Assembly (NCBI GenBank): GCA_964016885.1
Contig: OZ024753.1
Coordinates: 39,246,001 to 39,310,000, forward strand
Origin: Eledone cirrhosa
Taxonomy: Eukaryota
Length of the DNA stretch: 64,000 bases
Direction of reading: 5' to 3'
The first letter of the stretch is position 1. Each line of letters begins with the position of its first letter. The notes beneath the pieces were generated by a model, which was not told the origin of the DNA, did no database searches, and was given only the letters and a program-made list of their open reading frames with translations. A program made the translations under genes and the position numbers. Positions 14,354 through 29,842 of the stretch are shown here, in pieces.

Positions 14354-16704
14354 GCATGTATACATATGTATGTATATATAGATGTACATTAGGAGTACAC
14401 ATTAAACAGTTGTAATAGCAATATTGAATCAGAAGAGTACGGATATAACAATACATAAAAGGAAAAATAAAGTTATATTATTGTCGATAAAGAACATAAA
14501 ATGAGATGAAACATGCATCTTAACTATTTCCATTTCATGGTAGAAGAATAATAGGATATTCAACATAAAGGATATTATCACGAAAGAAGGAAATATTAAA
14601 ATACTTGAAAACAAACAAAGCTGATATGTTGGTTAATTAGAATTCTGCAATTATCATACCAGCTAATGTATCAAAACAGTTACTGCTTGATAAATTTCTT
14701 CATTTCTCTTGTTATAAGGCAAATTGTGTAGCATGCAATAATCCCTCAGCCCCAAGACAATAGAGACGGAGAACACGAGGTAAGCTTACGGCAAAAACAA
14801 ATATTTGTCACAGGTTTCAACTCTCACTTGAAATCATTTCAGTTCAGTTGTTCCGTTAAGATATTCCCCTAAGGTATGGAAATGCATGAAAAATTACGAT
14901 TTACGATTTTCTCGGACACTTAAACTATAGAGAAGTTCATCGGGGTAAAAAGAAGCCAGCATTTTTTCTCTATTTTGGTCTTTGCAGATATTGTCTTCTG
15001 TGTTTGAGCTACGCTTGTGATAGATTTAATAATTATTCATGTAAAAGTGCGTAAGTCGAAGAAATACAACGTTATGTGACCGTCTCCATTGATTATGAAG
15101 CTCATTATGGTTTCCTGTTGGCCTGTGTAGTGTGCATATTGATATTTTGTGCAAATATATATGCATGTAGATATGATACATCAAATAAAATCGTAATTGA
15201 CAATATACACAGAAATTGAACGAAGACTGTGTTACACTGTCTTATGTAATCAGTAACGTAATCCATGATACATTAAAAAAAGACGATATTATATATAAAC
15301 TGCATTAGGAGAAAATTAGTGACGGAAATATATGAATGTTTATTTAAGCGATCGCTAACCGGATGTGTTGACATTTGAAAATGTTAAAGAAGGGAATTTT
15401 TAAAGAAACAATAAAATATATTTAATCAACAGCTACGAAATTTATTAGATAAATTATGTAATATTCATTCATTATTTATTCAAAGTAATCCAACTTATTT
15501 TACTAATGGGATAAAAAATAATAAACCGTACGCAGTCCCGCATTCCTTACTTCATTATAGTTTAGATTCCCATGTGTGCTGATGCGTTAGGACATCAGAT
15601 TAAACATTCCTTGGTATTTGTTGCGGCTCACTCTCGGTCTCTGAGTTGCAATCATACCTTAGTCATCTTTAATTTTTTATTTTTCATCATTTCGCTACTA
15701 TCACTCACCTTTTATTTCCCTCTTTTCCTCTCCTTCCCGAACTGCCAGGACTTTCAACCGGTTGATAGTATCAGCAATGGAAACACCTATGGAAACATTG
15801 TTTTCTTGGTCCGATTTGACGAGGTCCACTTCACTCAGCAAGCGAATGACGCCTGGGATCTTCTCGCTCGCTAGTGCAAGTGATTCTCCCCGATGATCTA
15901 ACGACTCTGCTAATTCGCTGCCGTTTAGAAATCATATATAATTAATTAAACTCTTATTTACACATAAAAAAATTATCTTATTAACATAGCAAGACATATC
16001 TGATAATTCTGATTGTAATCTCAATGAGAGACACATCGAGATTAATCCTTAATATTAATTTTAATCAATTCTTGATCACTGACAAATATATTTTAAACGC
16101 TCTGTGATTAATAAGAGATATTTTCCTTAGATAGATATTAAAGAAAATATTCGCTCTTGTGGGGGGTATTTAAAGGTCAGCAACATTGATTTCTAGGAAG
16201 TAAAATTAATTTCATTCAGTGTTGTCCAAATTGATTTAGAATTGAAACTAAAATTGGTGAGTTTACCGAACGTAGAATATTTTGATGGGATTACAATTAC
16301 ATTTTATACACAAGATGTGTATATAAATTGACATTATTTGACATCCTTTCTAGAACACGCATAAATATTTAATCAGAAGAAATTATCGAATTAGGGCAAA
16401 ATAAGGAAGATTGTAGATTAGAAAATCGAGAATATAATTAGGAAAATGTATATCAAACACACCTACCCACACACACAAAGACTTACACGTTTATCTATCT
16501 GTCTATCTGTCTATCTGTCGATCTATCTATGTATCTCTGCATATATATTTAACTATCTGTCTCTCCAATTATATATATATCAAATATATAAGAACCGTAG
16601 AGCAAATATTTATTAAATCTGTTATTTTAATAAATATATATATATATATATATAAATATATATGAGAAACAGACTCACACAAACTCACGCACACACACAC
16701 ACTT

Positions 16705-16753
<49 letters not shown>

Positions 16754-18658
16754 AGTGTGTGTGTATGCGTGAGTTCGTGTGAGTCTGTTTCTCTGGGTGT
16801 GTGTTATGATCTCTCTGCAAAATTCGATACATTTCATAGAAACAAATAGATTGATGGAAAAGGAGAAAGATAGAGAGAGAGATTATATATGTGTGTGTGT
16901 GAAAGAGACACGGGGGGGGGGGGAGAAAGAGAATAAGGAGGAGAAATTCACCCTTGTATTAGACTGGTATTTGATTAAAAGGACATAGAAATGATGGACA
17001 GTAAAGTTGACTTTCGAACGGGATTTGAACTCAGAGATCAGACAGACAGAACCTTTAAGTTCTACCGTCTCAGCCAGTTCACCACTTTTTTGTTATTGTT
17101 TTCAACTAAATCAATATCAAAGATATAATTCGAGTTCATATTAAACAATTCTCCAAAATTATCGATCATGTATTAAGTGTCGCGCTATGAAGCGATGATT
17201 GGCTTTAATCCATCAAAGACTTACAGTAAAAATGTCAGAAATGTTATAAATTCCCAAACTAATCGTAGTTGTATGAGAAACACTAAATTTCTTGCCAAAT
17301 ATTCTGGCAGCAAAAATTATTTTTGTTAATGCAAGTATTTGGTAAACTTCCAATTTTGCTGCTGGTATGTGATAACTGAATATATCGAGATGATTATATG
17401 AAACATTATTTGGAATGATATACACTATAGGAAATTTGTAACATACTCGGATCAAAATATTACATATATGTTATATTACGAGATATATCACTTCCTGTTC
17501 CAAAAGCAGATCAATTTGTTAATTTAATAAAATATCCGGCGGTGACTTGATGGATACGTTAGAGTACTGGTTTAAATCAATTATAATTTTCTTTTTTTTC
17601 GTGTACGTTCTGAATTTCGAATACGTCAGAGGCCTAAATTTAAACATTAGTAATACATTGAACAAGATTTTCTCGACTATATGGCTCCACCAACCCTGGA
17701 CTGGTATTTTATTTATCATTACCGAATGTTAAACCGCTAAACTTAACTTTATCGCGATTTGAACACAGAGTTCAGAGAGCCGGATTCAATATCAAAGCAT
17801 TTAATCCGATGCTTTATTTAATGACTCTTCTGATTCGGTGTATATTTAAGGAATTCCTTCATAAAGGCTCTCCATGTCTTCCCCCACTAGAATATAAGGC
17901 CTTCAGGCATGGATGAAAAACCCCAACAATCTTACAAATATGTGTTTTACGATTGATGTGCTTTACGATCTAATCAATGCGATAGAGCATTGGTAGTTCA
18001 AACTATTCACCTATGATGCATACTGCCCACTAAGCCAACATTTAACTGTGTCGTTCACCCAACCAAACCTACTGTAAATAGTTACAAAATAGCAGAAAAT
18101 TTCATTATAGTAGGAATCACGAATGGTTTGATTGTTGGGTGACATACTGGAGTGAACATAAACTTCAACGAAATGCTTGTCTTATAGAAATCAATTATAC
18201 CGACCGAGTACATAACTGGTATATTATTTCTTTAAGGATGAAATGCACAACTGAACACGGAGGTGTTAGAAATCAGAATGTAGAACACATTTTGTGTGAA
18301 ATCCTAACGACATTGCCAATACACAACATTTCAAAAAACTTTAGTAATAATAACTAAGTTTAGATAACTCAAAGAATTCTCCAAACATAATCTCTGCATC
18401 ATTTATAGTCTTTCTGTCATTTGCTTTGATGGAATATGGTTCTAATTTTCATATTTTCATCAAAGTGTATCATCTAGAAATTACAGTGATATTTTCTTTG
18501 TATATTTTAATAGTAAAGATTCAAATTATTATCTTTACCTACAGCTACCCCGCTTTCCTATTATTATATTATCGTAAAGAATACCAGCGTAATCATTATA
18601 TATACATACCTAGAGTCATTCGTATATACATATCTATAGTCATTCATATATATATATA

Positions 18659-18700
<42 letters not shown>

Positions 18701-19708
18701 TATATACATAAATATATATTTATATATATATAAATATATAAAATATATATTTACATATACATATACAAATATATATAAATAATATAGAAACATTAATGCA
18801 AATATATATATATATATGCATTTACACCCCAAAATTATTCAATATTGTTACATACCTTTTGCATGAACATTTCCGAATTTTCACATTGGCAACAAGAAAT
18901 TATTCTTTAACGAAACAAAATAGAAAATATAGGAATATATTTTTAAAAAATACAGTTCTAAATTCTCTGGATACTAATCATTTTAGCAATATGCAAATAT
19001 TTGCAAATCAATACTCTGATTTCCGAATGTAAATCTCTTTTAATGTGTTACAGAAATCAAAGTTATTTTTAAAAATTTTTCTCCTATTTTTCCTATTTTC
19101 ATAATAGCATGATTTTTCTAAACGATCATGGTATTTCTCTCTGTGTGTATGTGTGTACATAGCTAGCTACTGTTCAGTGGGTGGCCATTTTCTAATATCA
19201 GTAAAGTATTGTTCACACAGGACATACATGCTATCTCTATTGTCAGTAACTAACTATATGCTAACAAGCTTCACCCCGATATTGATAAAACCGCTTATTC
19301 ACTCAGCAGGACTCTTTCACAAGGTATAAACTCCTAGGTAGAAAAAAACCTTTGTTGTTGATCAATCTTAACTGTAAAAATAACAAAAAACAACTACAGA
19401 TAAATAACAAAAGGAAGAATATATCAACGTAGTTTGCATTCTGTTCAATTATTCTACCCTACATCTACCATATCTTGCATGATAGGCGAAGTGAATTAAG
19501 TTTTCGTTTATTTTACAATAGAACTATCGACTTGGAATTATATATATATATTAAACATTTTTTTCTTATTTCACCTAATAATTCTAGAAGCACTGTCTTT
19601 CGATTAGGTTCACAGCCCGCTGTTTTAAATCTATTGTAGTCGCCTTTAAACACTACATACATGCATACATTTATACATATATATATATATATGCGTGTAT
19701 ATATACAT

Positions 19709-19794
<86 letters not shown>

Positions 19795-19947
19795 ATGTAT
19801 ATGTACATACATACATACAAATATATATATAAACATACATACAAATACACGCACTCATATATGTATACATGCGTACATCTCTATATCTCTCTATATATAT
19901 GTATATATATGTATATATATGTATATATATATATCCTTCTCTCTCTC

Positions 19948-19998
<51 letters not shown>

Positions 19999-20907
19999 AG
20001 AGAAAAACAATTTTCTTTGATAAATTGACATATTGAAGGTTTGTCATATCACAGGTTTTAGTCAACTTTGTAATATTTTTCAATCTATGAAATATCGTGT
20101 AGTTGACAGTTTTGCTATTTAACACATTCATATTAAAATTAAAGCGGGGTTACAGAGTTCATTAACAATTGCTGGCATTTCTCAGACACTGATGGCTAAA
20201 AAGCAGCACAATAATTTGCTCATTTCAATTTTAGTTACACGGAAACAACAGCTAATGTAACATATAATAATATAGCTGCGGGCAAAAAGTTAATTAGTTA
20301 GAATCAGCCATATTACTGGAAGCACCGTTTTACATCTTTATAATTGTATTTGTTTGTTGTATCTGTCATAATATGTTACCTTGGGAAATGTGTAGTGAAG
20401 CTTTCATCACAGCTTCTCCTTTTCTAAAGGCCAATCGTTATTAACTTTCTATTCGGTTGGTGGCGAAAAGGCGCCAGTCATGGTTAGGGCATCCGGTTTA
20501 TGATCGTAGATTGGTGTGTTCGATTCCCGCCGGTACATCGTGTTTTGAAACCATACACATTATTACATCTTCCTCAAGTGCATTCAGCTGACAAAAATAT
20601 GAGATGTATCTGATATGTAATTCAAAAGACCAGCCAGCCTTGTCACACACCATGTCACGCCAATGCATATATATATATATATATATAGTAATAATAATAA
20701 ATGTGAAAACTAAAATCCAAAGAGGGCTGGATAAGGATAAATATATCAGTTTCAGAAGATCCCGTTAAGAGTGAAAGCAGCGATTCTTTGCATAAACTTT
20801 AATCTGTTATTTTAATAAATATATATATATATATATATTATGAAGAGAGAAGAAACATTTAGATATAATTAGTAATAAAATGTATCATACCCAAACTGTT
20901 CCTAAAT

Positions 20908-20995
20908 TCCTCGACTACGTAGTTTCGTGGCATAAACAAAAACAATATATCAAAGATATAGAGTCCTTGCGAGGTCTGCCGACTTATCAAGAGGA
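20908..20995 (-). ncRNA. Type I hammerhead ribozyme with a U3-A8 variant core
   Basis: Minus strand: UCCUC-UUGAUAA-GU(C)GGCA..long loop..UGCCAC-GAA-ACUACGUAGU-C-GAGGA. Stem I 5 bp, palindromic stem III, GUC triplet. Confidence 0.72.
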
Positions 20996-21387
20996 TACCT
21001 CATTTTACTGGTCTCAAGAACGCGTCTACACGACGTGAGAAAGAATCCCAAAAGGCGGAGGGGGAGATAGTCACGCGATATAACGGTCGAGAAACAGAGC
21101 TAAGCCTCTTATAACCACGAAGAAAATACCACGGAGGCGGAGGGGGTATTCATATCGATATATATATATATATATATATAGTATTTGTAAATCGAACTTT
21201 AGCTGCAGTACAGCAAGTAGTACAATTGGATTTGTTTTGAGGCAATCACAGAACACTCAATGGATCTAACGTTAAAGACAAACATTTAGTCCAGAGTTAA
21301 ACACCGTAGTTATAAAATGTGACACCAACTGAACAAACCGAAGACACAAACTATACATACCACAAAATAACGATATATACAAAAAGG

Positions 21388-21419
<32 letters not shown>

Positions 21420-21424
<5 letters not shown>

Positions 21425-21609
21425 AACGAGTAGGACCCCGACGGCTGAGCTCAAGCCGTTTCGACGGCTAATTCTGGACTGAATTAGCCGTCGAAACGGC
21501 TTGAACTCAGCCGTCGGGGTCCTACTCGTTCCTATTACCCACTCTACTACCCTAAGTATTGAGTACTTTGGTGTGTTATGGTCCACCTTGTGCCTTACAA
21601 CATTTCATT

Positions 21610-21614
<5 letters not shown>
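21420..21614 (+). mobile_element. (TA)n-embedded element with a ~115-bp palindrome containing the 3' half of a hammerhead and a TATTGAGTAC tail
   Basis: Arms of ~55 bp with one mismatch around loop TGGACT. The tail matches the reverse complement of 6011-6068. Confidence 0.75.
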
Positions 21615-21643
<29 letters not shown>

Positions 21644-21648
<5 letters not shown>

Positions 21649-21818
21649 ATAGAAGGAAGGAGCTTCTACAGGACTAGTACTAGTACTAGGACTAGTACTA
21701 GTACTAGGACTAGTACTAGTCCTGCAAAAGCTCCTTCTATACAATAAATATATTCTACTCTGCCATGTATTGAGTACCTTACTTACTGTGGTTATCCCCG
21801 ACTCAACCCGGGACCTAA

Positions 21819-21820
<2 letters not shown>
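21644..21820 (+). mobile_element. (TA)n-embedded element with a ~100-bp palindrome centred on (ACTAGT)-type repeats and a TATTGAGTAC tail
   Basis: ATTGTATAGAAGG...CCTTCTATACAAT inverted arms. The tail is homologous to 46500-46563. Confidence 0.72.
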
Positions 21821-21880
<60 letters not shown>

Positions 21881-21925
21881 CACCACTGACGATGTTGCAG
21901 ATGTGCAACGAAAGAACTTTGATAG
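21881..21925 (+). ncRNA. Hammerhead-like motif (intact core, eroded stem I) at the start of a ~240-bp (TA)n-embedded element (21880-22122)
   Basis: CUGACGA-U-GUUGCA-GAUG-UGCAAC-GAAA-GAACUU-UGAUAG. Confidence 0.62.
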
Positions 21926-22117
21926 ACTATATTTATGTGTTTGTGTCTATATTGTGTCTGTATTTTTGACCGTTGGTCAGTCAATGGCAACATTGAAGAC
22001 CGAATAAATTTTATTAACCGATATAAAAACACAGAAGCGAAAACCAACCAAACAGTGAGTGTGTTCTGTTATTAATTCTGGCAATATTATTACACAAATA
22101 TGACCCTCCCCAAGAAT

Positions 22118-22315
<198 letters not shown>

Positions 22316-22330
22316 ATATATATATGTATG

Positions 22331-22363
<33 letters not shown>

Positions 22364-22450
22364 ATATTTATATATATGTGTATATATATATACGTGTGTG
22401 TGTGTGTATATATGTATATATATATATCTATATATATATGTATATATATA

Positions 22451-22522
<72 letters not shown>

Positions 22523-22787
22523 TAACATCTGTTGTTTTCCATTCCACTATCTACGTAATTCAAGATAGACCACGTATGAGTTTTAATTGTACTGGATTAT
22601 AATGAAGCTCTGGCATAACATAGCAGAGCAGATCAGATATATTTTTTCCTTTCAAACGTAATCTGAAGAATATTTACAGCTATCAATTATTGCCTTTATA
22701 TATCAAGTCTGTCAGTTGTGGAGCTCTTTAAAATTCAAAATAGGCCATATTCTGTTCATAATATAGCTTTTATCTTCTTATTGCTGT

Positions 22788-22889
22788 TATATATTTTTAT
22801 CTAATGTATATTCTTCTTATAGCTAGTATATATTTTTATCTAATGTCTTTTCTTCTTATAGCTAGTATATATTTTTATCTAATGTCTTT
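22788..22889 (+). repeat. ~40-bp tandem repeat, ~2.5 copies
   Basis: TATATTTTTATCTAATGT..TTCTTCTTATAGCTAGTA is repeated. Confidence 0.85.
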
Positions 22890-23040
22890 TAGTTTTACCA
22901 CTGGACATAAACATAAGGAACTGGGGTATAATTTAATTTCAATCTGTGCACTCCTGCGGGTATTATTATATTTATTTTGATAGGCAGTAGTTTGGTTAAA
23001 TTCTAATTTTGTTTTGTTTTTTTTCTTTTTTATTCATTCA

Positions 23041-23100
<60 letters not shown>

Positions 23101-23207
23101 AGTATATATATATATATATATTTTCTGTATGAATACAAAAGAAAGAAAACAAACAAAATTATATATATTTATATATATAAACATATATATATATATATAT
23201 ACATATT

Positions 23208-23269
<62 letters not shown>

Positions 23270-24257
23270 CATACACACATCTATATATATATATAACTTA
23301 TATGTATATATAAACATATATACATATGATTACACACGGAAATATATAAGTATATAAGTGAGAAGTAGCTGTTTATATATATAGCTTTATATATAGCCAT
23401 ATATAAATAATCATTTTAACTACATTATAGATTTGGTTGTTTCTTTTCTATCAACCTATCAACGCTAACTCATCATACAATACACATACCTCATAACACC
23501 TCACAATACCTCACAATACCTTACAATACCTTACAATACTCTACACAACATCTTAATTTTTAACTCTTCATTTTAAACATCATCACAATTGTTTGCTGAA
23601 ATACTTTCAATTCGCTCGCTATTAACTTGTTCCTTCTCACCTAAATTTATTCAAACTTTATTGAAATACGATAAATGTTTCAAGCAGAGGTTTATCTCTC
23701 ATCCAAACTCCCCCACTAAGCTTAGAATTCATGAATAACATTAAACAATACAAATGGCCAACGTTTGATTAATCATAGTCAGTAACTTTCTTTAAAAAAA
23801 TCAAAACAAAACAAATATTTAGTAACAGTGAAATCACTCACGAAAAAACAATATATATATATATATATATAGAAACATATAGCGAAATGAAATATCAGTG
23901 TAATAAAAATAATAATGATAATATTAATAAGAAAATCAAAGCAAAATACACAAAAATATTTAAAAAATATAACATGCAAATTATAAATGTATTTCATCAG
24001 TGCTGCAGTTTTGGTTTAAATCTTATCAAGACGGAACGAAAAACTACGAGAATCTAGGAAGAATATATCATTTTCATTCGATAACATTCGATCCGTTTCG
24101 AATTTACAGTTGAAATAAACAATAAATAAATATATATCATTAGCAATCTAGCGATTAACTTTGGCCATTTGGCGAAAGCAAACTGCTTTTAAACACTAAA
24201 TCAAAAGTAACGAAAATAGTAATACAACGAATTTTAAGAAATAGAAAAGAAAGTGTT

Positions 24258-24351
<94 letters not shown>

Positions 24352-24451
24352 TAGATATATTTATGTGTTTTAAATTTCAATTTTGCACTGAATTGATTTT
24401 AAATACTCTTATATCCTCCTACTGTAACTAAATTTTCACTGTCCATAGTCC

Positions 24452-24521
<70 letters not shown>

Positions 24522-24544
24522 GTATCTTTATTGTTAAACATTTT

Positions 24545-24613
24545 ATGTAAAACCCCCGCATTCACGTCTTGTAATGTCCCATTTTTGTACGCCCCTGAGG
24601 CAAATAAAGAAAT
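24545..24613 (+). mobile_element. Extreme 3' fragment of a third Tx1-like LINE subfamily
   Basis: TGTAAAACCCCC...TGTCCC...GCC-CCTGA-GGC-AAATAAAGAAAT parallels 41788-41860 (TGTAAACCCCC...TGTCCCC...GGCCCTTGTGGCC-AATAAATGAAAT). Embedded in (TATC)n. Confidence 0.6.
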
Positions 24614-24901
24614 ATATCTATCTTTAGATAGATAGATATATATCTATATCAATCTATATATATATATATATATATCCATCTATCAATCTATCTATCCATC
24701 TGTCTAATTATATATATAGACATATATGTGTCTGTGGGTGGTTTTTATGTGTATGTATGTGCGTGTATGATGGTATATGCAAGAATGACGTATCATCGGG
24801 AATTATTAAGAGTGATGATGTTCATGGTACCAAATTTATTCATATAACTAACTTTTTAAACTGCTAATTTTATTACTTTCAGTAATCCAATAGTACACAT
24901 G

Positions 24902-24973
<72 letters not shown>

Positions 24974-25380
24974 TGTGTGTGAGTGTGTGTGTGTGTGTGT
25001 GTATGTGCGTGCGTGTGTGTGTGTGTGTGTGTGTATGTGTGTGTGTGTGTGTGCGTGTGTGTGTGTATGTGCGTGTGTGTGTGTGTGTTTCTGTGTATGG
25101 CTCTGGGTGTTTGTACAATTGTACATCTATGTCAGTGTGTTTCTGTGTGTATTTTATCATCTCATATTAATAGACATGCATGACCTTAGGCCCGACTGAT
25201 GGACATGGAATACGCTCATTAGTGTGGCTAATAAGATTGACAATGTTCACTGTCTAAATTACACTGTGGTTGGTCTGGCCAGCACTATGAAATATCTCTT
25301 TTATTGCAGCCAAATAAATATGATCTCAGTAAAACATATATACGTCCGTGTATGAATATATATATATATTAATATATATA

Positions 25381-25466
<86 letters not shown>

Positions 25467-25480
25467 AATTTATATAAATA

Positions 25481-25586
<106 letters not shown>

Positions 25587-25767
25587 ATATATGTATGTAT
25601 ATAAAATAACCCCCCCCCCCCAACAAAAACAAACTCTCGGGTGGAAAGGGTTTTGGCAAATATTGAATACACACACACATATATATATATATGTATATAT
25701 ATACATATAGATATAATTTTAGATATTTATATGTATATGGATATATGTATACATATATCTATACATA

Positions 25768-25807
<40 letters not shown>

Positions 25808-25875
25808 TATGATATTGAGAACAACGTATGTATACATGTATACATATATTTGCTACAATATTTTCTATACCTTTC

Positions 25876-25948
<73 letters not shown>

Positions 25949-26413
25949 TGTGTGATCGAAAAGTGTAGTGTTGGTCATAATGATATATGAGTAGTGGTGG
26001 TCAGTTCACGTTCAATGCATATATTAGCGCTAAGTGCATGGTACGTAGAATATGATAGATGATGATATATAGATGATATAACAGAGGAGTTTATGATGTA
26101 TATGTGATATTTGCTTACAAACAGCATCTGATGACAACTTACGTATCATAAAGAAATAAAGAAATACTGTATTTATTTTACAGCCCAGAGTTTACTATAA
26201 AGAAACAGGTATTTGCTTGGACATCGTTATGGCCAACTCATGGTCGTGTTGTTGTTATTGTAGGTGTTGTTGTAAATAGTTGTTCTAGCATGCATTGTGA
26301 TATTGTGATAGGCTTTTAAACAATCTACCGAACACGGATTCCTTATTTCCCTTCTTGTGCTTTACTGCTTTACATTCGCATGACACACTGACGAATTCAT
26401 TGTCGTGTTCCAA

Positions 26414-26555
<142 letters not shown>

Positions 26556-26560
26556 ACATG

Positions 26561-26657
<97 letters not shown>

Positions 26658-26666
26658 ACATGTATA

Positions 26667-26701
<35 letters not shown>

Positions 26702-26814
26702 ATACATATATATATATATATATACATGTATACATGTATACATATATATATATATATATATGTTTATATATATATATATATATACCTATACATATCTATA
26801 TATATATACATGTA

Positions 26815-26848
<34 letters not shown>

Positions 26849-27112
26849 AATATATGTATACATATATATATACATGTAAGTATGTATGTATACGTACATA
26901 CATATATGTATACAGACGTACAGTAGCATGCATATATATATACATATATATATATATATACATACAGGTACACATACATATATGCACGTATCAGTTTAGC
27001 GGACGCTTATTATAACGCCGCTTTGTTCGTTTGTAATATATATATCTATATATATCTATATGTATACATGTATACATGTATACATGTATATATATATCTA
27101 TATGTATATATC

Positions 27113-27184
<72 letters not shown>

Positions 27185-27278
27185 TACTTATACACACATA
27201 TACATATATATATATATATACACACACATATATATACACATGGTGTTAATGAATAGAGTGGGAGGATTGATAGAGATA

Positions 27279-27449
27279 GGTAGTAATTGATATAGGGAGG
27301 GGGATTAGAAGAGAGTTCCGTGTAGTAGATATAGAGAGAAAGAGAGTTTGGTGGTAATTGATATAGGGAGGGGGATTAGAAGAGAGTTCTGTGTAGTAGA
27401 TATAGAGAGGAAGAGAGTTTGGTAGTAATTGATATAGAGAGGGGGAGGG
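27279..27449 (+). repeat. 71-bp minisatellite, ~2.4 copies
   Basis: GGT(A/G)GTAATTGATATAG starts at 27279, 27350 and 27421. Confidence 0.9.
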
Positions 27450-27620
27450 TCGATTCAAAGTTAGCATTTGTTCCGAGTATTTGAAGTTGTAGTTCAAATC
27501 GAACATACAAATTTCGATTTCTGGTCCACGTGACACGTTGTTCTCTTTCTTTATTCTCCCCCTTCTCTCTCTGTATATATATATGTATGTATATATGTAT
27601 ATATATATATACATATATAA

Positions 27621-27670
<50 letters not shown>

Positions 27671-28592
27671 TTCACACCAAGTATGTTTCACTCTTCATTA
27701 AATTTATACCATTAAAGCCGTTAGATTAATAATGACTATACCAATATATGTGAAGCACTATAACACATTTCCTGCAGAGCTCTCTGTAACGGCGTCTAAA
27801 ATAATTTTGAATTCCATAAACCATGTTCGATTTTATATATCTAATTAATAGTTATAAAGGCGACGAAAAATATTCAGAGCTAAATGAAGTAAATATATTA
27901 ATCTGGACTTAAAAATACATCGCAATAATAAAATGTTATATAATTATTCTGATGAATTTTATGAATTTTATGAATTTTTAAATGTTTAATGGACTCTGTG
28001 TATCAAGGACTCTGTTCTTTCCGGCCTCAAAAACATAGAAACTAATATTTCCTTTATTTTAACTAGCTGAATATACTTTTTTTAATATATATATTTAATC
28101 TAAATATTTGCTATTTTGCCTCCAGGGAAATTGTACCAAGAAACCGCGGAAAGTACTTCCGATCTGCAAGGAAGCAGATGCATATAAAATACAACGAAAT
28201 GATGTTGCATATATTTTACAGAAAATGTAAGCTTTTCTCGTGAAGAACATAAAGGTTGTTGTGTGTATTGTTATTGTTATTTGGTTTCATTTATTCTACT
28301 AGATATAGCGATATTTACAAAGGTGTGATTTAAATTGGTTTTAAAGGTCTTCTTATAGCCATTTCCAAAATGTAACACATAGGTGAAAATATGACTCTGT
28401 CTTTCTGACATTTTATTAAGTATAACATTTTAAAGCCCCCCTCTCCACCAAAAAATGAATGTTGAGATTGGAATACTTCTCTACATTAATATAAAATGTT
28501 AAATATATATGGCAGCAAGCGTATACTGTGTCATCAATAATATTTGTCTCAGTTCTAAATCGTGAACAAAACATACACATGTATGTATGTAC

Positions 28593-28952
28593 AAAACTCT
28601 GATATAACACCTGCAACCCTGATGGTATCCAATGATGTTGACTTGTTCTTCTTTTTGGTAAATATCATCTTGGTTAAGAGAGTGGGACTGGCTTTGTGCA
28701 GTGCCTTTGCTCACTATAAAAGCTTCACGGCACAGGCATTGCTTTATATCTGGAGATCTCTCTGTACTTGTCGTCACATGGTACCATGGGCCCAGCACTA
28801 TGTATCAATAATTGTCACAAGTGTAGTGTTTGTACCAGAGTTTTCAAGTCGCTGGCTGCACTAAAAAGTCACACTTGTTCAGCGTATCGGTAGGGGTTCT
28901 CTTACATGGATATAAAGTAGTGGCCGTACTCGAAAACGAGTTGGCAGCCACC
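28593..28952 (+). mobile_element. 5'-truncated copy of the 35018-35611 retroposon
   Basis: Same 3' terminus GTGGCCGT-ACTCG-AAAA-CGAGT-TGGCAGCCACC; flanked by (ATGT)n-like sequence. Confidence 0.8.
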
Positions 28953-28974
28953 ATGCAAGTATGTATGTGTGTAA

Positions 28975-29114
28975 GGTACTTTATTTTATCCGCCATGTAA
29001 GGCTGAAAGGCAAAGCTAACCTAGGACGGATTTGAACTCAAAATGTATAAGACGGTAATTATATGCCGCAAAGCATGTTGTCCGAATCTCTACCGACACT
29101 GTCAATCTTCCACC
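28975..29114 (-). mobile_element. Diverged SINE family A copy
   Basis: GGTACTTTATTTTATC...GAAAGGCAAAG...GATTTGAACTCA...CTCTACCGACACTG. Confidence 0.75.
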
Positions 29115-29842
29115 ATCATATTGCGAATAACAACCTGAGTCTATTGTAGCTTTGTGTTGTCGCTATTAGTTGGTAGATATAGATTTTAATTTCTGATTTC
29201 TGAGAATTAAATTCATATCACGTTTCTCAAGAATACAACAGTTTCGCTTTTTTCAAGATACGACGACATTCTTTAACTCTACCATGTATGTCTTTTATTC
29301 TGAAAGGACATGATAAAATATGTTTTCGACACAAAAAAGCCGTCAGGTATTTTCTGAGAGATGATATAGTTGGTAATGTTGTTGTCGTTAGCGGTGGTGG
29401 TGGTAGTGGTGGTCGTGATGGCGTGAATCATATAATATGTTATCGAGGTTTTCTTTGGTTATATGTCTGTAGTATGCTTAAAAATTACATTTTGATAGTT
29501 AAAAGCTTGATGAAAAATAAATAAATAAAGAGCTTGATATTTTAAAACAAATACAACAAAGTGTTACTATAATATTAAAAGCAATTATGCATGAAGGAAA
29601 AAGCGAAATGTGCATTCATTCTTATTATGTTTGCTTCCAGTGAATTAGAAAACCTGACTATGACAAAATTTGCATATTTTAACAACCTGAAGCATCCATG
29701 CGAATAGGCAATATCTTACTTGGGTTTTACTGTCAACGACTGGTGACAGAACAAACCCCAATCTTAAGCAGTTATCGATATTTCATCAATTGTAGATGAC
29801 CTGACAGAAACAAAATATACACACAAAACAAAAAAGAAAGCA

